A DNA stretch of 64,000 nt from Octopus sinensis (lineage: Eukaryota), in the NCBI RefSeq assembly GCF_006345805.1, contig NC_043002.1, positions 95,480,001 to 95,544,000 on the forward strand, written 5' to 3'. The notes under the pieces were generated by a model. That model did not search any database and was not told the DNA's origin. It worked only from the letters and a program-made list of their open reading frames with translations. The position numbers were made by a program, and so were the translations under genes. Below, in pieces: positions 51,295 through 63,533 of this stretch (position 1 is its first letter; each line of letters begins with the position of its first letter).

Positions 51295-51640
51295 TGCAGA
51301 TATAGCTGCATCCCAGCTATGTGGTCTTGGGTTCAGTCCCACTGCACGGAACCTTTCACTATAGCCCCAGGTTGATCAAAATCTTGTAAGTGAATTTGGC
51401 AGGTAGAAACTGAAAGAATCTTGTCATATGTATGTATGTATGTATGCGTTTGTGTGTATGTGTTTTCGTGTGTGTGTTTGTCTCTCACCTCCTCTTGATA
51501 ACCAATGTTTGATTGTTTACGTAACTTAGTAGTTTGGCAAGGAGACCGATAAATAATGGGGTCAGTTACTTCAATTAAACCCTTCAAGGCGGTGCCTCAG
51601 TATGGCTGCAGCTCAATGACTGGAACAAATAATAAATAAA
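51293..51640 (+). mobile_element. Older SINE A-related copy
   Basis: GGGTTCAGTCCCACTGC...AAGGCGGTGCCTCAGTATGGCTGCAGCTCAATGACTGGAAC. Confidence 0.7.
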
Positions 51641-52329
51641 AGATATTTAATTAATTATAGGTTCTATTGCATCTCCGAAGTCACTCTGTGAACTTACTGT
51701 TATTGTTGCCTTATCTCTGAGTATTAAAACGTACAAAAGCATTTCCAAACAATGTACGAATTGAATTGTCACAACTTCAAGTAGATAGATTAATCCATTT
51801 ATTTAATGCAATTATACTTTAGAGTTCTCACTAAAATTCGGCTTTAGAAAACGTGGCAGTTCTACCATAACGAAGGTATCAAATCTGTCCCTTATTGGTT
51901 TATTCTTAACACGACACATGTTTGCTTCACATCAATATTTTGAGAGTAAAACACTTGAGCTTAAATAAATATATATATATCTACATATTTATTTTATTTT
52001 CTTCACGTATCCTACTTTTAGTTCAATAGGTTTTAAAAGCATTGCTTTTTTTTTGCTGCTTCTGGTGCTGCTAAAGTGAAATTAATTTTATTTTTGTGAT
52101 ATGTATTTAAAGAAAACTCCATTTCTCTATGGTAATTGTAGAAATATTGTGAACATTCATTTCTGGCTTGGAGTATTTCTTCAAACGTTTTCCATAAATG
52201 GAAAACTGTTTACTCTGATTTCGTGTCTCCTTTTGTAAACAAAACAATTGATGTTTTATATGTCTTAAAGGAATAAATGATGTATTATTTAGATAATTAG
52301 TCTAGTAAATCGACATTTCATATATATAT

Positions 52330-52680
52330 ATCATCATCATCATCGTTTAACGTCCGCTTTCCAAGCTAGCATGGGTTGGGCGATTTTGACTGAGGGCTGG
52401 CGTGCCAGATGGCTGCACCAGGCTCCAATCTTGATCTGGCAGAGTTTCTACAGCTGGATGCCCTTTCTAATGCCAACCACTCCGAGAGTGTAGTGGGTAC
52501 TTTTTACGTGCCACCAGCATGGGGGCTAGTCAGGCAGCACTGGCAACGACCTCGCTCGAATCTTTTTACACATGCCACCGGCACAGGTGCCAGTGAAGCG
52601 ACGTTGGTAACAATCACACTCGAATGGTGCCCTTTTACGTGTCACGAGTACGGAAGCCAGTTGGCTGCAACAAGCATTCT
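52330..52680 (-). mobile_element. RTE 3' UTR/tail fragment
   Basis: (CAT)n CGTTTAACGTCCGCTTTCC...GCTGGATGCCCTTTCTAATGCCAACCACTCCGAG. Confidence 0.85.
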
Positions 52681-52907
52681 TACATTTGTCAGTTAAGTGC
52701 GTATATTAATTTTTATAGTATACAGTATTATAAATGCATTTCAGTTGATCTTAGCAATTGGTTTTGCTCTAGAATTAGGTAATTAGATGATTATCCAAAA
52801 CTGCATCCGTCAGAGTGCCGATATATAAATATGACATCAGCTCCTCACGAACTTGAGGTTAGTAAAACAGCAATATATACAATATGCATGCATGCTTGCA
52901 TGCAATC

Positions 52908-53073
52908 ATGTATGTATGTATGTATGTATGTATGTATGTATGTATGTATGTATGTATGTATGTATGTATGTATGTATGTATGTATGTATGTATGTATGTA
53001 TGTATATATGTATGTATGTATATATGTATGTATGAATGTATGTATGTGTGTGTGTGTGTATATATATATATAA

Positions 53074-53110
<37 letters not shown>

Positions 53111-53115
53111 GAAAC
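52908..53115. repeat. (TATG)n, (TG)n, (TA)n, (GA)n, (CAGA)n compound microsatellite
   Basis: Directly visible. Confidence 0.95.
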
Positions 53116-53544
53116 AAAGAGAAAGAGAGAAAGAAGTTAACGATGGAAATATTGACAAATGATTTTCATGACTCAGAGTTTTGTGTGAAATTAATAATTT
53201 CACACTCATCAGATCAGTATGTTATGCATCTAAATCGAACACTGGCAAAAAAAAACAAAAAAAAACACAGCTGTTACAAAAGTCATGCATACAAAAGCTT
53301 TCAGAGCAAAAGATTATATATATTTTTAATAATTGTCTTTGTTTAAAATTTATTGGTCAGGCATAATAACTTGCGATCAAGAATCAAAGTGTTATTTTCT
53401 TTGTCAAGGTAAAAGATCAATTTTGAAATGCACATCAAAAGGGATAGAATATTATTAGACATGGAGGGAAAAGGGTAGAGAGAGTGGGGAAAGAGGGAAA
53501 GAAAGTGGAATAAGAGAAAAGGAATTAAAGGGATGAAAGGCTAA

Positions 53545-54365
53545 CATGTGTTAATACAGGGTCCTGCCAATCAGGCACAGTTTTCAGACACCTACTCAAG
53601 GAGGTTAGCAGGAGAACCTCCAACCTATTTTCAAAAGAGGAGATTTTCGACATCACAACCAAGAAGTACAGCAAGGCTCTGACCGCCAGTGGTCTTACGG
53701 ATAAGTTGAAGAATATGCCTACCCCTGACTCCACTGTAATGGCATATGGTTTACACCCTCATTTTCTCTGAATGTAAAAACATGTACAGGCATGATCTTG
53801 CTTAGTTTAGTTGACAAACACTTCCCTCAAACACATCGATACAGGAAAATATTTAATGGAGAGTCTCTTTGAGTCTCTTTTAATTGTGCTCTGGCATAAA
53901 GATAATTATATTACTATGTAGACTTAAGCCTGAAACAGAAGCAGGGTTTCCATGAAAACATATTCGCTTAACAGGCTTCATAATACAGAAACCAGTGAGT
54001 AATAAGTGAAGGTGTCATCAAAGGATACAAACGGAGTAACAAATGTGCTAGAATATAGGAGAATAAAAGAAAGTCCTTTGGGAACTTTCAGCCACCACAA
54101 CTCCTCGATTAGCACCCAAAAGAAGTAAAATTTTACATTATCTAACGAAGCATATGTGAACAATGAAGGGAAAAAACTGCATGTTAAGACATAAAGTGGA
54201 GGATACTGGAAACGTATAAACCTCACTTTAACAGTAGTAAGAGATGCAGGCTCAGCTTGGCTGAGAAAAGTATCATATTAAAGAACTCTCTCCACCCGGA
54301 CACCTATCTACACTGGAAGAGTGAGGTTTTCCACTCTTTCTGTTATGAACGTAGATTTTACCTAC
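53545..54365 (+). pseudogene. Penelope-like element relic E (RT thumb to endonuclease C-terminus)
   Basis: VNTGSCQSGTVFRHLLKEVSRRTSNLFSKEEIF..KYSKALTASG; IWFTPSFSLNVKT..LSLVDKHFPQTHRYRKIFN; KWRILETYKP..SSKRCRLSLAEKSIIL...YERRFYL. Confidence 0.85.
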
Positions 54366-54833
54366 CGTACTGATCCACTGCATCATTATTATAAGCTTTA
54401 GAGCAGCCCCAACAGTTTTTTTCCCCTCTCTGAAATTTGAGAAATATAAGACCTGTCACACCCAGCTGTAATATGCATATGCATACACGTATACATGTAC
54501 ACACACGATTAACCATCCCCCACCATTCCTTATCATAGCTTCCCCATCTCCTTCCCATTTCTCTATCCGACTATTCTCAACAAAACATCCCTCATACCAT
54601 GGTGATTCTGATTACAACTCTAATGAACTAAAAATTTTCTTTCTGAAAGTTAATCTGAGCGATTTCGTTATGTTTTTGTAAGACACACAGGCCGGATGAG
54701 ATACTTCCGGACCGCCATTAGCATAAAAACCACGTCATACTCTTTTCCTTTTAGCTTTTTCAAATGGTTACTGGGGTCACCTCAACTACTGGTATGAAAC
54801 TGATTGGTAAAGTGGCTAATACGAGAATATAAT

Positions 54834-54914
<81 letters not shown>

Positions 54915-55203
54915 TATATACATATATATATACACACACACACATACATACATACATATATATATATATAATATATATATATATATATACATATATATAT
55001 ACATATAAATAGATGAGTGTATTTTTACCTTGTTAACAATTAACACGGAAAAATAAATAAATAGTTACCAGGGCAGCAAAAATCTCACAAGTAAAGGTGT
55101 TGTAACTCCTTGTTTATAAAGGTAGAAACTTCGTGTTTACGTTGAATATTTTGAATAATATGAATAAAAAATGGAGTTAACGCAGGTTTAAACAAGTATT
55201 TTT

Positions 55204-55289
55204 ACTTTCTATATATGTTTCGAAAATTCCACTGATACTATTCAAAAGAATAAATGGTATAAACAATGCAATCTTCTCTTTGGGAAAGT
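55204..55289 (-). ncRNA. Decayed hammerhead motif in the inverted arm of PLE F
   Basis: ACUUUC-CCAAAGA-GAAGAUU...AAUUUUC-GAAA-CAUAUA-UA-GAAAGU; core G5 and the stem III G are lost. Confidence 0.55.
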
Positions 55290-55791
55290 GAAAAAAACGA
55301 AACTCGTCAATACAACATTTTAGCAAAAAATGATGGATTTGTATAGCGATAGACAGAACGCTATTAATATTGTTTAAAAAAACGTTATATGATATAACGT
55401 CATAAGTAGCTAACAGAAAGAGTAGGGATATTAATAGTGAATGTTAAATATAAAGGAAATTAAAGTTTAAATTATATATAATGATAGAGACTACTTATAT
55501 GCACTAAATGTATGTTTCTGCCAATGCTTACATCTGTATGCTCATTCTATAACCGTGTTTACTAGAGTATTTTTAGAAAAAATAATGAAAAATAGCTCAG
55601 AATTGCAGAGAAGACAGAATTTCTTGCCTTTGTCATATGGTATCGAAATTGAGAGGATCAACCATTCTAAATTAAATTGTTTATTGTGGTCTTTTAAATC
55701 CCAAATCAGTTTGCTGAGACCGGTACTATTCCGTTTATTTCTATCCCTAAATGTTGAGTAATGGATAGAAATTCTTTTAGATAACTCTAAC

Positions 55792-57668
55792 GATGCTGAT
55801 AAAAGAATACTTAAGAAAGCCAACATTGAGGCTATGAAAATCATGGAGAAATATAACCTACAAATGAAGACAGAACCACTTGTTCCTAAGCAACCTCGGT
55901 TCATTTTGAAGGATCACAAACCAAATTTTTTTACTAACCCATCATTAAGGCTCATCTGACCTTCTAGCTCTGACATCGGTATCCTTAGTAAAAATATACT
56001 AGATAAATATATTCCTAATTTAATTAAAACTTAGTTTATGGACTAATTCATTTGAAGTAGTTGACTGGTTTAGGTCTATTAACAGTAAGGTGAGTACAAA
56101 GTTTATCCAGTTTGATATTTCCAATTTTTATTCGTCTATTAATCCAATAGTACTTAATAAGGCACTTTGGCTTGCTCATAACAAAGCTGGTCTCACCCGA
56201 GAAGAAATTAATGTTGTGTTGGCAGCCAGAAGATCTATTATTAAATTTGATGATAAGTTGTGGGTCCGTAAAGACACACCAGATAGTTTCGATATACCAA
56301 TGGGAAGTTCTGATTCAGCACAGATAGCTGATTTGGTCTGTATATGTATTCTTTTTGAAATGGCTGAAGAGTTCCCTAACATTTATGGAGGTCTATATCG
56401 TGATGATTGTTTACTTTACCTCCAAAATGTTTCCAACCAAAAGGTACAAAAAGTTAGGAATAGTTTAGTTAATTTTTTCAGTAGAATGGGCTTAAAAATC
56501 GTTTTTGATGACGATCTGACGAAGGCCAACTTTTTAGATATTACGCTTAATTTACACAGTGACTCTTACTTCCCATATCATAAACCGTTGACCAATCTTA
56601 AGTACATTAGCAAATTTGGTAATCATCCTGGAGCAATTACTAAGAATTTAGTTAAGAATATTTCATTTAGATTATCTAAATTATCTGCTAATGTTGATAC
56701 TTTCAATAATAACGCTGAATTCTATAACTCTGCCTTAATCAAAGCAGGTTATACAGAAAAAAAATTTCTACATTGATTCTGCTCAGTCTAATTGTAAATT
56801 CAATAATGTAGATAAGATTTCTAGTCGTAAAAGAATTATTGATAACAAACATAACTTACGCACCGATACAAAGCGAATGAAGGCAGATAACCCTTATTTA
56901 ATCCCCTATTATCGATCTAAAAGTAAATATAACACCTTCAAAAGTAATTACGCTATGAATACTAGTAAAAATATTTGGTTAATAATTCCTTACGGGAGAC
57001 AAATTAAGTCTAATCTCCCACTGCTGTTTCGCCAAGCTATTGCTAGGAATTTTCCAAATAATTCTAGATATTACTCTATAATTAATTCACATAAGGTTAG
57101 GATAGGTTTTTCAAACACAAAAAATCTCTTGCAAATTATATCTTCTCATAATAACAAACTGTTAAATATTAATACATTTACTAATACTAACATTAATTTA
57201 GCTTATACCATCCAACCCTCTAGAAATATTAATAACAAGGTTATTGTATCTGAAGTCAATTCCAATAGAATTAAATTTATGTCAATTAACTCTAAGATTA
57301 AAAATTCTATATACCAGTGTATAATCAGTACTCGTAATAAAGTACGATTTTACATTGGAAGCACATCGTTAGAGTTATCTAAAAGAATTTCTATCCATTA
57401 CTCAACATTTAGGGATAGAAATAAACGGAATAGTACCGGTCTCAGCAAACTGATTTGGGATTTAAAAGACCACAATGAACAATTTCATTTAGAATGGTTG
57501 ATCCTCTCAATTTCGATACCATATGAAAAAGGCAAGAAATTCTGTCTTCTCTGCAATTCTGAGCTATTTTTCATTATTTTTTCTAAAAATACTCTAGTAA
57601 ACACGGTTATAGAACGAGCATACAGATGTAAGCATTGGCAGAAACATACATTTAGTGCATATAAGTAG
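55792..57668 (+). pseudogene. PLE reverse transcriptase plus C-terminal GIY-YIG endonuclease (disrupted)
   Basis: FILKDHKPNF..PSLRLI*P; WTNSFEVVDWF..KFIQFDISNFYSSI; PMGSSDSAQIADLV; GLYRDD; NFLDITLNL; IYQC...FYIGST...STGLSKLIWDLK; CLLC...CKH. TGA at 55957 and at least two frameshifts. Confidence 0.92.
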
Positions 57669-57869
57669 TCTCTATCATTATATATAATTTAAACTTTAAT
57701 TTCCTTTATATTTAACATTCACTATTAATATCCCTACTCTTTCTGTTAGCTACTTATGACGTTATATCATATAACGTTTTTTGAAACAATATTAATAGCG
57801 TTCTGCCTATCGCTATACAAATCCATCATTCTTTGCTAAAATGTCGTATTGACGAGTTTCGTTTTTTTC

Positions 57870-57955
57870 ACTTTCCCGAAGAGAAGATTGCATTGTTTAT
57901 ACCATTTATTCTTTTGAATAGTATCAGTGGAATTTTCGAAACATGTGTCGAAAGT
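57870..57955 (+). ncRNA. Type I hammerhead motif in the 3' arm of PLE F (U4C core variant)
   Basis: ACUUUC-CCGAAGA-GAAGAUU-(41 nt)-AAUUUUC-GAAA-CAUGUG-UC-GAAAGU: 6-bp stem I, 7-bp stem II, ACAUGU palindrome, GUC triplet. Confidence 0.75.
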
Positions 57956-57997
57956 AAAAATACTTGTTTAAACCTGCGTTAACTCCATTTTTTATTC

Positions 57998-58578
57998 ATA
58001 TATATACATATATATATATACATATATATACATCTATATATACATATATATATACATATATATATATACATATATATACATATATATATATACATATATA
58101 TACATATATATATACATATATATACATATATATATATATACATATATATATATACATATATATATACATATATATGCATATATATATATATACATATATA
58201 CATATATATACATATACATATATATACATATATATACATATATATATATACATATATATATATACATATATATATATACATATATATATATACATATATA
58301 TATACATATATATATACATATATATATATATACATATATATATACATATATATACATATATATATGCATATATATATACATATATATATACATATATACA
58401 TATATATATACATATATATACATATATATATATATATACATTATATATATATACATATATATACATATATATACATATATATACATATATATATACATAT
58501 ATATATTATATATACATATATATACATATATATATATACATATTTATATATATACATATATATATACATATATATATA
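57998..58578. repeat. ~580-bp (TA)n/(TACATA)n microsatellite
   Basis: Directly visible; abuts the PLE F 3' end. Confidence 0.95.
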
Positions 58579-59141
58579 CTTCCGGTTTTCGTAGAGGAAA
58601 GACGTGTTTGCTTTTGCTCTGTTAAAAAACAAAAAGGTTTGCATAAATCGACGAAATAATCTACTAAAAGTAACAAAACGTAGAACTTGTTAACTCTTAA
58701 AGTCTACTAAAATACATTAAATAAAAATATATTAATTAAAAACGTAATATATTTTGCTTGAGGCCAAATATAATACAGTAAAGTTAGTTACGCATGCTAG
58801 AATCTTCGCTGAAAAAGCACGTGGTGACAAGTCTTTAATTTATCTTCAGCCAAAAGTAAGAAAGAAAAAGAATTTTCTTTTCTGTTGTGAAAGAAAACTT
58901 ATTCGTACAAGCACGAGGGTTTGGACTGTACCTTTTATGATAAGTATTGTTTTCATATTTTATTTATTATTTTTTTATTTTCCTTTAATGTAAGCTAACA
59001 TCTCCGTTACGATTTACGACGCCATCTTTGTTTACATTCTGAGAAATACTTTCTTTCAATTTCTGTTTCGCTTTCATATGTTTATTTTCCCGTAATTAGT
59101 TTAGAATTAAATAATTCCTTCTTTTCCTCACTTTCTTCTAC

Positions 59142-59229
<88 letters not shown>

Positions 59230-59651
59230 GACGCGAACATTAGAAGTATAGTCGCAATTAGTTTAGTTTACATTCTTTATTAATCTTTCGGTCTCTGTTT
59301 CAGAATCTTTCATTTTCTATTTCAGCTTCTTAACCTCCTCTCTTTCTTTTCTTTCTCTCTCTGTCTCTTCACTTCTCTCTATCACACCATCTTTCTTCTT
59401 TCAGCCGTTCAATCTTTCCTTTTCTCTTCACTTCTCCACTTCTCTCTGTCACCCCATCTTTCCTCTCTCAGCCTCTCAATTTTTCTAAATATATAGTCGC
59501 GAACTTTCCTCTCTTACTCTCTTCTTATCTTCTCTCAGCTCTCAATCTCTCTAAATATATAGACACTCTCTTTCTCTATTTCTTCTCTACCCTCTATCAC
59601 AATATTAAATTTTAAATATAATTAGATAGATAAATAAATAAAATATCCAAA

Positions 59652-60590
59652 ATGTCCAGAACCTGGACAAGTAACGAATTGGCGTTGTTCCTGAGAGCCT
59701 GTCAATGCGCCGACGGAGATAATCCGAACAATATAATTACAGCTGCGCTGAAGAGCAGTGGATATAAAAGGACAATAGCTCAGATAGAGCGAAAGAAGCA
59801 GGAGTTTATACGCTCCTATGCACTCATAAGATCTTACATTGTCACGCTTGATGCCATCTTTGACAACGAACAAAGTAAAGATGGCAAGGATGGAGACGCG
59901 GGTGCTGATGAAAGAAGTCAGCCCCACTTGGTAGACACCCAGGAAGAAGATTCAAGTGAGAAACCTGCCCGGGAAGTAAACCCAAGTGCAAGTGCTCCTA
60001 CCAGCACCAAAAGCCATGGAGATGAAAGAACCAAAAAAGAAATAAAAGGAGGAAAAACTAAAAGAAAAACAAAAGATGAAACAGTCAAAGAAGGAAAAAC
60101 TAAAACTCAAACAAAACCAAAAAATGAAACAGCCAAGGATAGAAGCAAACCTGACTATCCATGTACCAAAAAGGATGGAAACAGATAGCGCACACGGGTG
60201 TGTAGGTTCTACCTGAGAGGTGTCTGCTGGCATGGAGAGAAAGGTGCAGGCTGCCATTTTGCACATCGGGGACCCTGCCGCAGAAACACGAAACAGGTCA
60301 GAAACCAACTACCAAAAGGAAAAGGGATGGACCACGCACCACCTGCCCCAAAACGGAGGTACGCAGATGTGGTGCGTGCTACAAACCGCCAACATGTTAT
60401 TGAAAGGGCAGCTGCTGAACAAGAATCTTTTTTGTGCATGGCACAAAAGATTATACAGCAGCTGACCTGGTTCCATCAAACTCAAACTCGCAGATGGGAC
60501 TATCCACAATACACAAGACCACCACAGCAAATAGACCCAAGGTGGACACCGCCGGCAACAGCATACACCTCACCCCGATGCTCCTACTGA
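59652..60590 (+). pseudogene. LINE ORF1 (~312 codons, one in-frame TAG at 60186): Myb/SANT-like N-terminus, Lys-rich linker, CCCH zinc finger
   Basis: ORFs 59652-60188 and 60198-60590 are in the same frame. Motifs: WTSNELALF...ALKSSGYKRTIAQIERK..F..SY and C-RFYLRGV-C-WHGEKGAG-C-HFA-H. Confidence 0.8.
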
Positions 60591-63533
60591 ACATCAGCGG
60601 ACTGCTAACACTCAGTAACAAGACAAAAATCCCGTTCTTGAGAGACTTTGTTGCATGCAATCAAGCCCTATGCATAGCACTTACGGAAACACAACTGAAA
60701 CCGGACATAGCAGATGCGGAAATACACATACCACAGTATGTTGTACTACGGACCGACAGAAAATAAAGGAGTCATGGAGGAGTTGCTATGTACATCCGTG
60801 AGGACCTCACACCCCAGGTCCTTTTGTCATACTCAAATTCGGTGTGTGACACACTAATTGTACATATAAGGCAACTTGGTGTAGTTATATGCGCTACATA
60901 ACGCCCTCCAGATGCCCCAAGCCATGTAGGCAAGTTTGAAGACTGCCTTATAAAAATAGAAGTTCTAGTCACATTAGAACAACACATAAGTGTACTTATT
61001 ATGGGAGACTTCAATCTACCCAATGTCAGATGGCCCGAGGACCTTTCTCTCCCAGGAATGACACGATGTGAACGAGGACAGGCGAGGTCCCTCCAGAACC
61101 TCATCAACACTCTGTACATGGAGCAAGTAATACTCCAACCAACCAGAGCAGGTAACATCCTGGATCTCTGCTTCACAAATAATATGGATCTTATCCATAA
61201 TGTGAAAGTGACACCGACACTACTCTCGGATCACAACATGATAGAGCTGACCATGTATGGGCTAAAAGAAAGCATGGACATGCAGCCTACAAGAAACTCT
61301 CTGAATCTTTCCTGCTTGAACTTCCATAAGGCAAACTGGAAACAAATTGAGAAAGAGATCCTCAAACAAAACTGGCCTGAATGTCTATCCTCACCAGACA
61401 TCGACATGAAACTTCAACAAGTCATGTCTGTAATGCAAGCCATATGCTACAAATGTGTCCCAGAGAGAAAGGCCACTGTACACAAGAGCAAAATCCCCAG
61501 AGAGAGGAAAATTCTAATGAGACGGCGTACAAAAGTTTCAAATCGCCTAAACAAACAAATTGAAAGCAGTGAAAAGTCCCGCCTGAAAATAAAACTGTTG
61601 GAAATTGAAAAAATGTCTGCAACTCTCCCATGAAAAAGAAAGAGCAGACAAAGACGCCTGGGCTATGGACAACATAAAATCTAACCCCAGAGCTTTCTAC
61701 AGGTATGCCAAAGAAACAGCTACGGTGCACTGTAGGATAGGGCCACTCCTTGAAAGGGATGGCACACTCACAGGAAATCCAATGAGGGTAAGTGAAATAC
61801 TAAATGAGCAATTCAAGAGTATTTTCACGCCACCCCTAGGGCATTTTCAAGTCAGCAATCCAACTGACTTCTTTACCACTGCAGATATAAAATCGGAGGC
61901 AGCAATGATTGATTACATCAATATAAAGGAAGACGATGTAATAAAGGCTATTGATGAAATGAAAACAAACTCAGCTACTGGCCCAGATTGATTCCCAGCG
62001 ATCCTTCTAAAAGTATGTAAGAGAGTCCTAGCAAGACCACTGCAGTTCCTCTTTCAGAGCTTCCTTGCAACTGGCAAACTTCCAAGAAAACTGAAGGAAG
62101 GTAAAATATGCCCTATTCATAAAGGAGGTAGCAGAGTGGATGCCAAGAACTACAGACCTATCTCTCTGACCTCACACATCAGCAAGGTCATGGAACTAAT
62201 AGTCAGAAGGAAACTAATCACCTTCCTTGAAGAAAATGACTTGCTGCCTGACACTCAACATGGTTTCCGACCAGGAAGAAGCTGCTTAACTCAGCTCGTA
62301 CAACACTATGACTGGATGCTGAAACGACTGCTCAACCACTCAAATGTGGAAGTCATATATCTCGACTTTGCAAAGGCCTTTGATAAAGTCGATCATGGAA
62401 TGCTATGTCACAAACTGCGTAATCTTGGCATAGTTGGAAAATTGGGAGAGTGGCTTCATGACTTTCTGAAGGATAGAAGTCAGGTGGTAGTAGCCAATGG
62501 GGTCACTTCCACTAACACGCAAATAGTGAGCGGTGTTCCGCAGGGCACTGTTTTGGGACCACTACTGTTCATAATGGCCCTCTCAGACATGCCCTCAGCC
62601 ACGCAGAGAGCCACGATCACAAGTTATGCAGATGATACAAAAGTTTCACAGGCAATACAGAACCCTGAAGACACTAAGCACCTGCAATGTGAGCTGGACA
62701 AAATAAGTGGGCTGAAAAGAATAGCATGCAGTTCAATGCTGAAAAGTTTCAAGCTCCATGCTATCAGCACGCAAAACTAAATGCAATACCCAATAAATAC
62801 ACTGGACCTGGAGGGACTGCAATCCCAGAGGCACAATCAGAACGAGACCTGGGTATTTACATGAGTGATGATGCAACCTTTCATGTGCATGTTGCTAAAA
62901 AGTGCAATGAAATGTAGGCGGCTGACCGGATGGATTCTTAAAACCTTCATAACAAGAGACCAGTAAATCATGATGGTCCTCTGGAGGACACTTGTCCTAA
63001 GCCACTTTGACTATTGCTCTCAGCTATGGTCACCATCCAGTGTCAAGTTAATCACAGAACTTGAGGCGATCCAACGAAGCTACACGAAGAAGATAGCCTC
63101 TGTGCAGCATATGGGCTATTGGGAAAGACTCAAGAGATTGAGACTCTATTCCTTAGAGCGTAGGCGAGAAAGATATGTCATAATATACATTTGGAAGATC
63201 CTAGAAGGACTTGTCCCAAACTTTAGCATCGCAAGTTACACAAATGCCAGAACTGGGCGCCACTGCATAGTGCCAAGGACTCCAAATTTGCCATCAAGAT
63301 GTAGAACAAGTTACTGTGATAGCCTGGGCTTTAGAGGTCCACAGCTCTTCAATATCCTGCCGAAGGACCTGAGAGACCTGCATGAGGTGGATGCAGGTGC
63401 CTTTAAAATAAAACTGGATCTCTTCCTGTCAGGTGTCCCAGATGAACCAACTTCACGGCAGGAGGTGGTGATGAGGGCAGCTGCATCAAACTCTCTCATG
63501 CACCAAATGGCAATTGCTAAAAAGCATTCGTGA
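60578..63533 (+). pseudogene. LINE ORF2: APE endonuclease plus reverse transcriptase (at least 4 nonsense codons, ~3 frameshifts)
   Basis: APE motifs: LLNISG, LTET, DR..GG, (Y)RPP, GDFN, LDLCF, SDH. RT motifs: NYRPISLTS, QHGFRPGRSC, YLDFAKAFDKVDH, GVPQGTVLGPLLF, YADDTK. Stops at 60764, 60899, 61989 and 62964. Confidence 0.95.

Larger units (their letters stand above)
55158..58001 (+). mobile_element. Penelope-like element F: 5'-truncated RT+GIY-YIG copy preceded by a 638-bp inverted copy of its own 3' end
   Basis: 55158-55795 is the reverse complement of 57364-58001, with about ten mismatches by eye. The forward copy starts at ~55792 (GATG microhomology). Confidence 0.93.

Noticed and set aside
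53525-54226. Minus-strand ORFs resembling a LINE C-terminus (SSFENRL...VPDWQDP) and RT motifs (VPKG...FDDT)
   Set aside because: The plus strand gives a much better, ordered match to PLE thumb and endonuclease motifs, so the minus-strand resemblance is coincidental.
55957-55959. In-frame TGA codons in PLE F and the LINE (61989) as possible selenocysteine, known in some Naiad PLEs
   Set aside because: They co-occur with TAA/TAG stops and frameshifts, and 61989 falls on the conserved GPDG glycine. Ordinary decay explains them.
57964-58659. Long Y/I/H/M/C-rich ORFs here and at 10250-10935, 20777-21179, 29164-29583, 52831-53209 and similar
   Set aside because: They are translations of microsatellites that lack stop codons in some frames.
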